Shown piece after piece: positions 28,413 to 37,481 of a stretch of DNA of 64,000 bases. The position numbers were made by a program, and so were the translations under genes. Positions within the stretch are counted from its first letter, which is position 1. Each line of letters opens with the position of its first letter. The stretch is from Candidatus Bathyarchaeia archaeon. GTDB lineage: Archaea; Thermoproteota; Bathyarchaeia; Bathyarchaeales; Bathycorpusculaceae. Under the pieces are notes generated by a model. It saw only the letters and a list, made by a program, of their open reading frames with translations, did not search any database and had not been told where the DNA came from. The stretch spans positions 64,001 through 128,000 of the forward strand of contig JBEKHN010000003.1 in NCBI GenBank assembly GCA_050012255.1, read 5' to 3'.

Positions 28413-30650
28413 TCACAGAGCATGAGGCGTATCCCTGAAGAGTAAAGAGTCTTTAATGGGCCCTTTTCCAGATTCTTCTTTGGCACCTGCGGCTTCCTTC
28501 TTTCTCCGTCTGACGTAGATTATGCTGCTCAATGTGATCGCTGCTATTCCAATGGCAATGATTGGAACCTCATAGACAAGCGGGTTGACACCTTGTTGTT
28601 GTCCTTCGCCATCTGTGACTTGCGCGATTTTATACAAATCATAATAGCAGTTTCCGGGGTATAACGGATTGTAGTACCAGCCTCCCACCCAGTCCCTTGA
28701 CCATCTTCGCCCTAACCATTCAGTCAGTGGTAAGCTTGGGACATCTCGCCAGTAAATGTACTGCAGTTCCTGGTAAGTTGCATTTCTCTCAGGGCCATCA
28801 GGCTGACTCAGTCCAAGGTCAACCAAGTAGTCGACGAAGGTATCGTTGTACTTTTGCATTGAGGCCAAACCTCCTTTTGAGTACATGTATGTTCTTGCCA
28901 TGTCTTCTGGGTCGCCGAAGTCCGCCATCCAGCCCAAAGGGAAGACAGGCAGGTAGAACTTTCCTTGATAGTCCCAGAACGTCGGCGAGTCCACTCCGAC
29001 AGCGCTCACGTTAAACTTCGGGTCTATGCTAGTAAACACGTCGGCGATGCTTCTTTCCATGATTAGCGTACTCGTTACGTCTGATCCGATGGTGTAAACG
29101 ATTTCTGCTTGAAACCCCTGTTCCCATACTCCCGCGGCCTTCAGTTCCTCTTCGACCATCGTCGTGTTGATGTCGTGAGCGATCAAGGTCTTGTTTTCGT
29201 AGTCTGGTTTCATGCCTCTGAGCCACCATGTGACCATCTGAAGAAGGTCCGGGGGGCGCCCTGGCGAATATTCGTTCATGCATTGTGTGAAATTCAGAGC
29301 GTACGCAAATGCTCTTCTCATGTGCACGTTGGAAAACAGCTCAGGCGCTGGGCTTGTCCCGTTCTTGGGCACGTAAGGGCTGTCCGGTGAGACGTCAAAC
29401 AAGAACAGCAGGGCCTGACTTGACAGACTTGGAAGGTTCCAGTAGAGCCGTACGCCTGAGACGGGTGTGTGCCCTGTTGGGTCTGATGAGTAGTTGAGGA
29501 GATAGGGTATCTGAGACGATGAAAACCAGCAGTCGTCGTATCCGCCTGACAGAAACGCGTCTTTCGAAGCGGGCCAACCTGCGTTTTCTCCTTTGATAAC
29601 TGTCGATACATGGTTGCCAGTCCATCCGCGCCAGTATTCGGTGAATTTGTCGATTTGCCAAGTGTTGGTTGTCGAGTCCCAGCTGGTGAATTTGTATGGA
29701 CCGGTGCCGCACATGTCTGGGATGTCGGAATAGGCCGAAGGATACTTCGAGGCCTTTGAGCCGTAGGTGGCGGGGTCTTTCCACACGTCAAGCTCGCTGC
29801 GGGTTTTCGTTGGTTTCCAATGGTAGTCGTTAGTCCAGCCGGGGGTGAATAGTCCGTCCCACCCACCGTGTTCAATCACCCAGTCCTTGTTGAGGATGCT
29901 GCTCCATGTCCCGGCAAAACTCTGTTCGAGCATGTCGTCACGCCAAGTCTCTTGGAAATGAAACGTCACTTGGTTGGGGCCTGGTCCGGGGTAAACCCAG
30001 CTTTGAATCATGTTGCCCGCGGTGACTTCGTCCTCCGGGTTCTTGAAGGTGCCGTTGTCGTAGGTGCTGAATGGTCCGCCGACCTCTTCTTTGCTCCAAC
30101 CATAGATCCCGAAGGCGGGTTCGAACCACCGCCACGTCGGCGCGTACGGCGAGTCGTACACCATTTGTCTCTGGAACGAGTACACCACGTCGGCCGCGGT
30201 GAGGTTCCGCGAGGGCCTCAGGGCCCCGCTGGCGTCCATCCATGGTTGGAAGACCGCGTTGGTGTTTACGGTGAACGTCCAGTTCTTCCCGTCGGGACTG
30301 ATGTCTCCGTCGGCGACTGAGGGCACCTTGGTGGCCAAAACGGGCACAAACTCCAGCAGGTCGGCAACGTATTTGTCTGTGATCTCTGCGGTCGAATTGG
30401 GAGCGAGGGGTTTATCGCCGAAGAAGATGAGCGGTTCGTAGACGTTCTGTATCAATTCCTGGCTGTAGGTGTCGTACGCTCGTGCCGGGTCAAACCTTGC
30501 CGGATAGCCTATCGTTGCTGACTGATAGGTGGAAGTGTCCACGGGCGGTTGAGTTGAAAATGATGAAAACGTGCTGGGCAGATTTGAAACGAGTAAGACG
30601 GTGACTCCTAGAAGGGCTGCAACACTTGCCGATACGCGGCTGTAGCGCAT
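28413..30650 (-). CDS. ABC peptide/nickel-type solute-binding protein (family 5), membrane anchored
   Basis: FDPARAYD...NVYEPL, LTAADVVYSF, GTGPYKF, MRRAFAYA, GWMADFGDP; C-terminal TM plus RRRKK. Confidence 0.92.
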   Translation of the reverse strand: MRYSRVSASVAALLGVTVLLVSNLPSTFSSFSTQPPVDTSTYQSATIGYPARFDPARAYDTYSQELIQNVYEPLIFFGDKPLAPNSTAEITDKYVADLLEFVPVLATKVPSVADGDISPDGKNWTFTVNTNAVFQPWMDASGALRPSRNLTAADVVYSFQRQMVYDSPYAPTWRWFEPAFGIYGWSKEEVGGPFSTYDNGTFKNPEDEVTAGNMIQSWVYPGPGPNQVTFHFQETWRDDMLEQSFAGTWSSILNKDWVIEHGGWDGLFTPGWTNDYHWKPTKTRSELDVWKDPATYGSKASKYPSAYSDIPDMCGTGPYKFTSWDSTTNTWQIDKFTEYWRGWTGNHVSTVIKGENAGWPASKDAFLSGGYDDCWFSSSQIPYLLNYSSDPTGHTPVSGVRLYWNLPSLSSQALLFLFDVSPDSPYVPKNGTSPAPELFSNVHMRRAFAYALNFTQCMNEYSPGRPPDLLQMVTWWLRGMKPDYENKTLIAHDINTTMVEEELKAAGVWEQGFQAEIVYTIGSDVTSTLIMERSIADVFTSIDPKFNVSAVGVDSPTFWDYQGKFYLPVFPLGWMADFGDPEDMARTYMYSKGGLASMQKYNDTFVDYLVDLGLSQPDGPERNATYQELQYIYWRDVPSLPLTEWLGRRWSRDWVGGWYYNPLYPGNCYYDLYKIAQVTDGEGQQQGVNPLVYEVPIIAIGIAAITLSSIIYVRRRKKEAAGAKEESGKGPIKDSLLFRDTPHAL

Positions 30651-30730
30651 CGTGGTCCTCGCATAAGCATATCAATGTCCCGAGAGATGAGCTTTTCGGG
30701 CGTTTCATCTTCCTTTTTTCTGAAGAACAC

Positions 30731-30960
30731 TCAGAAGGTTAGACTCAGGATGAACTTCCGCCCAAGAAACTCCCACACGGCCAAGTAAGAGATGACCGCT
30801 GATACGACTAGAGTCGTCAAGCTTAGCCTACGCGAGCCTTGAATCTCGAGTATGTCTATATTGCCTTGTGAGTTTCTGCTAGAACAGTGAGATGCTCAAC
30901 CAACTCGTTTATTGCGTCATGGACGCGCCGAAGGATAACCCCCTTCAGATGTACAACCTG
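30731..30960 (-). pseudogene. Possible frameshifted remnant of a membrane-protein gene
   Basis: ...RRVHDAINELVEHLTVLAETHKA then, in another frame, IDILEIQGSRRLSLTTLVVSAVISYLAVWEFLGRKFILSLTF*. Confidence 0.35.
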
Positions 30961-31340
30961 CCTTCTAGAGCTACCCGGTGAAAACCGGCTCCTAGCCGGG
31001 GCGTCCCCTAAACCTCGCCCAGACACACTGAGACGCTCTCTCAGACGGTTATTAGATGTGCGTTCAGAACGAAGGAAGCCTGCAAGCAGAAGATTCTGAG
31101 GGGCTTCTGAAGGAACCGAAAGAGCCAACAGTAGTTGATGAGCCCAGTCATCTGGGCTGTTGGATGCTTGCCATGGCTGACCTATTTGGATCCAAATATC
31201 CATGATACATTGAAACCTAGGAGGGGAGGGATCCTCAGCTCCTCATTGAAACGTTGCAGTCGAACTTCTGTTACGTAACAGATATAGACGTGAGCAAACT
31301 ATTCAAGAAGCGCGAGTATAGGGGCAAAGTCCATCCAAAA

Positions 31341-31419
31341 GGGCCCGTGGTCTAGGCTGGATTAGGACGCTGGCCTGCGGAGCCGGAGATCCAGGGTTCA
31401 AATCCCTGCGGGCCCGCCA
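31341..31419 (+). tRNA. tRNA-Arg(GCG), CCA encoded, no intron
   Basis: GGGCCCG acceptor; CTGGC-CT-GCG-GA-GCCGG; GGTTCAAATCC; GCCA end. Confidence 0.96.
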
Positions 31420-31563
31420 AAACCTTGCATGAAGTGTCTGCGTGTGCGCTCCTTGACAAATAGGTAGCCGAGGATAGAAGAGTTCAAGCACCTTGAGGAG
31501 TGAAAAGAAATTCTCTTAAGAACGCGTGCTGTATGCATGAGGTAGACTCTTGGAAGGAACCGC

Positions 31564-32484
31564 ATGGTTTCAGAAATCCTCATCGAAGCGCAGAACCTGA
31601 CGAAGAAGTATGACGATTTCGTTGCAGTGGACAACATAGACTTTCAAGTCTACAGGGGTGAGTGCTGCGGGTTTCTTGGGCCTAACGGTGCGGGAAAGAC
31701 AACAACCATCAAAATGATTCACTGTGTCTTGCCCCCCGCGTCAGGCAAGCTTACGGTCGCGGGCATAAGCGTGTCTGAAAACCCCAGAAACATAAAGAAG
31801 ATGATAGGCGTCTCCCCTCAGGAGGAAAACCTCGACCCAGACTTCAGCGTCATAACCAACCTGACCGTCTACGCCCGCTACTTTGACATTCCTAAAAGTG
31901 AGGCACGCAAGCGAGCCGAGGCAATGCTCAAATTCTTTCAGTTGGAAGAAAAACGCGATGTCATCATTGCCCAACTGTCGACTGGCATGAAACGCCGATT
32001 AATTCTAGCTAGGGCATTGATCAACGAACCGCAGATACTCTTGCTGGATGAACCTACAACGGGACTTGACCCTCAGGCGCGTCACTTGATCTGGGACAAG
32101 GTCCGAAGCCTGAAGAAATCGGGCGTGACCATCATCTTGACGACGCATTACATGGATGAGGCGGCTGAACTGTGCGACCGCACACTGATCATGGATAATG
32201 GCAAGATCATCGAAGAAGGAACTCCGACGGACTTGGTCAGGAAGCACGTTGGAGAAGAAGTCATGGAAGTCGATTACGATGACAAAGCCGTGGCGACGAT
32301 CAATAATAAGTTCCCAGAGGCCCGGCTGGAAATCGTGGGTGACAGGATCCAAGTTTTTGCCACTGAGCCTCATGGAGTGTTCACCAGCTTTCTCGAAGAT
32401 TTTCCAACGAGGAGTGCCACCGTTCGGAACGCTAACCTCGAGGACGTTTTCTTGAAACTAACCGGGAGGAAACTCAGAGAATGA
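31564..32484 (+). CDS. ABC-2 exporter ATP-binding protein (NodI/DrrA-like)
   Basis: GPNGAGKTT, LSTGMKRR, LLLDEPTTGLD, TTHYMDEA. Confidence 0.95.
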   Translation: MVSEILIEAQNLTKKYDDFVAVDNIDFQVYRGECCGFLGPNGAGKTTTIKMIHCVLPPASGKLTVAGISVSENPRNIKKMIGVSPQEENLDPDFSVITNLTVYARYFDIPKSEARKRAEAMLKFFQLEEKRDVIIAQLSTGMKRRLILARALINEPQILLLDEPTTGLDPQARHLIWDKVRSLKKSGVTIILTTHYMDEAAELCDRTLIMDNGKIIEEGTPTDLVRKHVGEEVMEVDYDDKAVATINNKFPEARLEIVGDRIQVFATEPHGVFTSFLEDFPTRSATVRNANLEDVFLKLTGRKLRE

Positions 32485-33287
32485 AAAGGTCCAACCGCGT
32501 TGCTTCAAGCTTCAAACTGCCCGAGTTGACCTACAGAGTTTGGAAGGTTTGGCGCAGAAACTTTGACGTATTCATGAAAACGTACAAAGTCAACTTTTTC
32601 CCGCCTCTGCTTGAACCCATCTTCTACCTTCTCGCGATGGGCTTCGGCTTGGGAAGTTTCATCTCAGCTGTACAATTAGGCTACCCTTACATCAAGTTCA
32701 TCGCACCAGCCTTGGTGTCCATCTCAATCATGTACTCCGCATTCTTCGAGTGTACATACGGTTCGTTTGTCCGAATGTATTATCAGAAGACCTTTGACGC
32801 CATCATCACCACGCCTATAAGCATTGAAGAAGTCATAGCAGGCGAGTTGTTCTGGGGCGCAACCCGAAGTCTGATCAGTTCAAGCATTGTCTTGGCCGTC
32901 GTAGCTGCCTTTGGGCTGATCTCAAGTCCACTGGTCCTCCTGATTCCCATCGTTGCTTTCTTTGCTGGGTTGATGTTTTCGGCGATAGCAATGTGCTTCA
33001 CAGCGCTGGCGCCCAACATAGATTTCTTCAACTACCCAGGGTTCCTGTTCATAACCCCGATGTTCCTGCTGAGCGGAACCTTCTTTCCTTTGACAATCCT
33101 TCCTCAGTTCATGCAGATTCTGGCACAGGCGGTTCTGCCCTTAACGCACACCGTGATCCTTGCCAGAGGGCTAATGTTTGGAAACTTCGAATCAACCATG
33201 CTCCTTAGCATAGTTTGGATTGGCGTAGTCACACTCGCTTTCTTCCTCTTAAGCATAAACCAGATGAAGAAGAAGCTAATCAAGTGA
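32481..33287 (+). CDS. ABC-2 exporter permease (NodJ-like)
   Basis: 6 TM; PMFLLSGTFFPL; ATGA overlap with the ATPase gene. Confidence 0.93.
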   Translation: MKRSNRVASSFKLPELTYRVWKVWRRNFDVFMKTYKVNFFPPLLEPIFYLLAMGFGLGSFISAVQLGYPYIKFIAPALVSISIMYSAFFECTYGSFVRMYYQKTFDAIITTPISIEEVIAGELFWGATRSLISSSIVLAVVAAFGLISSPLVLLIPIVAFFAGLMFSAIAMCFTALAPNIDFFNYPGFLFITPMFLLSGTFFPLTILPQFMQILAQAVLPLTHTVILARGLMFGNFESTMLLSIVWIGVVTLAFFLLSINQMKKKLIK

Positions 33288-33317
33288 GCGAATGCTGGCC
33301 TCAACGTAGGCTTGAGT

Positions 33318-34199
33318 TCAGCGGACATCTTCATAGGCTTTTAACAGTTCGTCTATGGCTGTTCCAACGTGTTGTCCTGAGTAGCCGCCTTCCAAAACGA
33401 AGAATGTAGGCTTCTGCAACGCCGCGATTCTCTTGCCAATCCCTCTGTACGCCTTCTCAGACAAGCCAAGCGAAGCCAAGTCTCCAGCGTAAGTGTCAAA
33501 CCCTGCTGAAACAGCCACGGCTTCAAACTTGCGCGTGTCCACCGCGCCCAAGGCCTTGTCAAGAATCTTCAAATAAACCGTGTCTCCACAGTCAGGCGGA
33601 AGTGGAAAGTTGAGGCAGTTCATGTCGGAGCTGGTGCCTGTTCCAGGAAAGTTTGGATGGCGATGAAGAGAAACATACGTTACCATGTTGTCTCCGTAGA
33701 AGATTTCCTGCGTTCCATTCCCGTGATGCCCGTCGATGTCCAAGATCATTGTCGGCTTACCAAGATACCTCACAGCTATCGCAACGTTGTTCAAGTAGCA
33801 GAACCCGCGCGTAGCCGCGCCCAACGCTGCGCCGCTTGCCCCAGCGTGATGGCCTGGAGGACGCATGATGCTGAACCCTTTCACCTTAGCGGCTAGAATT
33901 GCCCCGCCTGCTGAGAGCCTAGCGAGCTCGTAGATGTTGTCGTACGCTGGAGTGTCATCATCCTCAACCAACCCCTTCTTCAACATCCAAAGGTACTCGT
34001 GATCATGAACCTTCAGCAGATCTTCCTCTGCGGCGGGCTCAGGCGTCACGAAGCTGTAGCCCTTCTCTTTCAGAATCTTTTGAGCCTTCCGAACCCTCTC
34101 TGGGCCTTCTGTGTGCCAAGACCCGTACGCCAAGCACTTTTCTGAAAAGACTATTCTCGTCTTCATACCATCTGCGTCCATGTCAGAATTAACGATCAT
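33318..34199 (-). CDS. Histone deacetylase family protein (acetoin-utilisation/acetylpolyamine amidohydrolase-like)
   Basis: RPPGHHA, GFCYLNN, DIDGHHGNGTQ, SAGFD, LEGGY. Confidence 0.93.
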   Translation of the reverse strand: MIVNSDMDADGMKTRIVFSEKCLAYGSWHTEGPERVRKAQKILKEKGYSFVTPEPAAEEDLLKVHDHEYLWMLKKGLVEDDDTPAYDNIYELARLSAGGAILAAKVKGFSIMRPPGHHAGASGAALGAATRGFCYLNNVAIAVRYLGKPTMILDIDGHHGNGTQEIFYGDNMVTYVSLHRHPNFPGTGTSSDMNCLNFPLPPDCGDTVYLKILDKALGAVDTRKFEAVAVSAGFDTYAGDLASLGLSEKAYRGIGKRIAALQKPTFFVLEGGYSGQHVGTAIDELLKAYEDVR

Positions 34200-34261
34200 T
34201 TCTCAAGTTAAAATATCACTTCACCTCTTAAAAGCTTAGAGAATTGTGGAGCCATTGATAA

Positions 34262-36226
34262 GTGTCCAAGATTGTCGAAAACCCTTTCGCTGCTTTCCGA
34301 TCAGAATGCGAAACCAGCCTAGCCTACGCCTTGAACAAGCTCCTTCCCGAAGTCCAAATCACAGACTTGGCCTTGGAAAAACCGCCGAACCCCGAGTACG
34401 GCCAGCTGGCTTCTTCACTGTGCTTTGAGCTCGCCAAAAAAGTGAGCCAAAAGCCACCTGACCTGGCGGAGCATCTGGTCAAAGCCATCGATAAATCACG
34501 ATTCAGTCTCATCGAAAAAGTCTCATCAGCCGGCGGAGGCTACGTAAACTTCCACGTTGACTTCGCCAAATTTTCAAAGGTAGCTCTGAACTCTGTGAGA
34601 AAACTTGACGCAGAATATGGCTTCATCAAGACCGAAAAGCCTCTTAAAATCATCGTGGAGCACACGAGCGCCAACCCTCTTCACCCCATAACGGTTGGGA
34701 CGGCTCGAAACCCGGTGCTCGGGGACACTATTGCCCGACTGCTCACGTCTAGGGGGCACACGGTCTATCGTCACTTTTACATCGACGACGTCGGCCGTCA
34801 ATCGGCAGTCATCGCCTATGGTTACGGGAAACTGGGCAAGCCGAAGCCAGACGAGAAACCCGATGAGTACATCGGCAAAATTTACACTATTACGAGCTGT
34901 TTCGTCGAAATCAACCGTCTGAAAAGAGAGCTTGAGCGTGCAAAAACTGTCCCTGCGGACGAAGAAATCCTGAAGATCACCAGGGAATTGGACGACTGGA
35001 TGGCCGTCGCCGCAGACCTGAAGGACAGGTATCCTGAACTTTTCGAAACGCTGTTGACGAGAATCGGCGAGGACGAAAACCCAGAGACTGCGATAAAAAT
35101 TCTCAATCAAGCGTATGAGGCGGCGGACAAAAAAGCCAAGAACCTCGTCAGGACGGTCAGCGACCTGTGTCTGGAAGGCTTCAGGGAAACGTTGGGCAAG
35201 ATCGGTGTTGTCATAGATTCTTGGGACTGGGAAAGCGACCTGATGTGGAGCGGACGAGTTGAAGAGGTTCTGCGGCAACTCAAGAAGTCTCGGTTCACTC
35301 ACGCTGAAGGCGGGGTTCTGGAATTCGACGCTGAAAAAGTCGTCAGAGAACTTGACCTCTGGCAGCGGCTCGGCCTAAGGGAGGGCCATGATATTCCGTC
35401 TTTAACTCTCGTGCGCGCTGACGGTACGACGCTCTACACAACGCGGGACGTTGCCTACACGTTGCTCAAGTTTGAAAAAGCCGAGAAAGTTATCAACGTC
35501 ATAGGCATGGAACAGAGCCTAGCTCAGCTGCAGCTGAGAATAGCCCTGCATGCTCTGGGGTACGGCAAGTACGCGGACAGTCTGGTTCACTTTGCCTACA
35601 ACTTAGTCACTTTTCCCGGTTACAAGATGTCCAGTCGCAGGGGACGTTACATCACTCTTGACGAAGTCTTAGACGAAGCTGTAAAACGAGCGTACGAAGA
35701 GGTTTCGAAGCGCTCTCCACAACTTTCGAACGGAGAAAAGCAGAAGATCGCGGACTTCGTGGGAACAGGTGCGGTGCGCTATGCGCTCGTCGAGGTTGAC
35801 ACTTCGAAACCAGTAATGTTCACTTGGGACCGCGTCCTCAATTTTGAAAGAAACAGCGCACCCTACATTCAGTACACACACGCGCGAGCCTGCAGCATCT
35901 TGCGAAAAGCAGCTAGGAAACCTGCGGAGCCAGCATACGAGCAACTGAAAGAAGATCTGGAGCGCGAAATAATAATCGCGTTGGCCAGTTTCCCAGACAC
36001 GTTCGTAGAGGCAACAGAGTACCTCAAACCCAACCTCATCGCCGACTTTGCAAACAGCTTAGCAGACACGTTCAACACCTTCTACAGCGCACGCTCGCGC
36101 TTTCCAGTGATAAACGCAAAGCCTAGAGGGCTCAGCGATGCACGACTCGCTTTAACTGACTCTGTTAAGATAGTGCTTCGGAACACTCTGAACCTAATCG
36201 GTGTGTTGGCCCCAGAAAGAATGTGA
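34262..36226 (+). CDS. argS: Arginyl-tRNA synthetase
   Basis: EHTSANP, RADGTTLYTTRD, KMSSRRG, APYIQYTHARACSI. Confidence 0.96.
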   Translation: MSKIVENPFAAFRSECETSLAYALNKLLPEVQITDLALEKPPNPEYGQLASSLCFELAKKVSQKPPDLAEHLVKAIDKSRFSLIEKVSSAGGGYVNFHVDFAKFSKVALNSVRKLDAEYGFIKTEKPLKIIVEHTSANPLHPITVGTARNPVLGDTIARLLTSRGHTVYRHFYIDDVGRQSAVIAYGYGKLGKPKPDEKPDEYIGKIYTITSCFVEINRLKRELERAKTVPADEEILKITRELDDWMAVAADLKDRYPELFETLLTRIGEDENPETAIKILNQAYEAADKKAKNLVRTVSDLCLEGFRETLGKIGVVIDSWDWESDLMWSGRVEEVLRQLKKSRFTHAEGGVLEFDAEKVVRELDLWQRLGLREGHDIPSLTLVRADGTTLYTTRDVAYTLLKFEKAEKVINVIGMEQSLAQLQLRIALHALGYGKYADSLVHFAYNLVTFPGYKMSSRRGRYITLDEVLDEAVKRAYEEVSKRSPQLSNGEKQKIADFVGTGAVRYALVEVDTSKPVMFTWDRVLNFERNSAPYIQYTHARACSILRKAARKPAEPAYEQLKEDLEREIIIALASFPDTFVEATEYLKPNLIADFANSLADTFNTFYSARSRFPVINAKPRGLSDARLALTDSVKIVLRNTLNLIGVLAPERM

Positions 36227-36229
36227 AAG

Positions 36230-36362
36230 TCCACGCTGTCGTCCATTTGACCACAGATGTCGCTGAGCTTGTCCCGATCATGTTGGCTCCGGCCTCGATC
36301 ATTGCCACAGCGTCAGCACAAGTTCTTATCCCACACGCTGCCTTCGCACTGTCAATCTCCAT
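36230..36362 (-). pseudogene. deoC: C-terminal fragment of deoxyribose-phosphate aldolase
   Basis: KAACGIRTCADAVAMIEAGANMIGTSS matches the DeoC C-terminal K-A-S-G-G-I-R...A-G-A-x-R-I-G-T-S pattern; no room for the N-terminal part. Confidence 0.75.
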
Positions 36363-36419
36363 CTTTTCTCAAAAGAAACTTTCATATACAGGTCAAGTAA
36401 TCTGAAGAGGGGCGCTGTT

Positions 36420-37481
36420 ATGAAGGAATCTTACTTCAAGAGGAAGGTTCAGTCCATTGAAGTTGGCAAAAAGAGTGTTTCCCAGCTTCTGGCCGAGATG
36501 GGCAAGACGGCCTATCAGGGTAGAAAGCTTGGAGAAGCTGTCGACGTTTGGCAGGCCATGCTGAAAGAAAAAGAGCTCACGATCATAATGGGTTTTGCGG
36601 GTTCGATGAGCACTGCGGGCCAGTGGAAGATCGTCAACTGGCTGATAGAGAACCGCTACATTGACGTTCTTGTGTCCACAGGTGCGAACGTTTCAGAAGA
36701 CATCGTTGATGCTATGGGCTTCGGTTATTGGCAAGGTTCTCAACATGCTAATGATGAGGAGCTTCTGAAAGCTGATGTGAACAGGTACTACGATGTTTTC
36801 GGGAAAGAAACGGACTATCGTGAGATGGAGCTACTCATGACTGAGGGCCTCATGAAATTGAAGAAGGATTATGCGTACACTTCAGCGGAGGTTCTCTACT
36901 TGTTCGGCAAATACTTGACCAAGAAAGGCGTGAAGAGCATAGCTGCCACAGCGGCAGAGAACAAGGTTCCAGTGTTCTGCCCAGCAATAACCGATAGTGC
37001 TTATGGGGAAGCATTCATCATGGCAAAGAACAAGGGACACCCGGTCGTGCTGGACCAGGTGAAGGAGTTCGACCAGTTCGTAGGAATAGGAGAGAAAACC
37101 AAGGAAGTCGGCGTCGTTTACATAGGCGGCGGCGTGCCAAAAGACTTCACGCAGCTCATTGCCATATCTGTCTCGCCTAAAACAATGGACGAAGGAGTGC
37201 CAGGAAGGAGGGGCCATCTTCGCAAAGGCCTGAAGGAGTACTACTACCCACACAAGTACGCGATTCAAATCACTTCGGACTCGCCTCAGTGGGGCGGCTT
37301 GTCAGGGTGCACCCTGGAAGAGGCGATAAGCTGGGGGAAGATTGACGAGGGCGGAAAGAGAGCAGTCTGCTACTGCGACGCGACGATAGCCCTGCCTCTG
37401 ATTACGCATGCGCTTTACGAGAGAGTTAAGACGAAGAGGAAAGCCCCAGACATGTCGTGGCTCTTCAGCGGCGTCTCCTAG
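36420..37481 (+). CDS. Deoxyhypusine synthase-like paralogue (possible homospermidine synthase)
   Basis: STGAN, FCPAITDS, GGGVPKDF, GGLSGCTLEEAISWGK, CDATIALP. Confidence 0.88.
   Translation: MKESYFKRKVQSIEVGKKSVSQLLAEMGKTAYQGRKLGEAVDVWQAMLKEKELTIIMGFAGSMSTAGQWKIVNWLIENRYIDVLVSTGANVSEDIVDAMGFGYWQGSQHANDEELLKADVNRYYDVFGKETDYREMELLMTEGLMKLKKDYAYTSAEVLYLFGKYLTKKGVKSIAATAAENKVPVFCPAITDSAYGEAFIMAKNKGHPVVLDQVKEFDQFVGIGEKTKEVGVVYIGGGVPKDFTQLIAISVSPKTMDEGVPGRRGHLRKGLKEYYYPHKYAIQITSDSPQWGGLSGCTLEEAISWGKIDEGGKRAVCYCDATIALPLITHALYERVKTKRKAPDMSWLFSGVS

Noticed and set aside
30745-30780. AAGAAACTCCCAC resembles the RNase P P4 5' strand
   Set aside because: No matching 3' P4 consensus at a suitable distance; the region reads better as a minus-strand gene remnant
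30985-31030. CTAGCCGGGGCGTCCCCTAAACC resembles the 5' end of archaeal SRP RNA
   Set aside because: No helix-8 motif (CAGG..GGAA..AGCA) or long closing helix found downstream
30856-31203. 115-aa ORF as an intact gene
   Set aside because: The N-terminal two-thirds crosses palindromic sequence and looks non-protein-like; only the tail resembles a remnant
34574-35302. Long antisense and overlapping ORFs (this one, 10791..11330, 29318..29875, 49557..50243 and similar)
   Set aside because: Shadows of well-supported genes, with no motifs of their own
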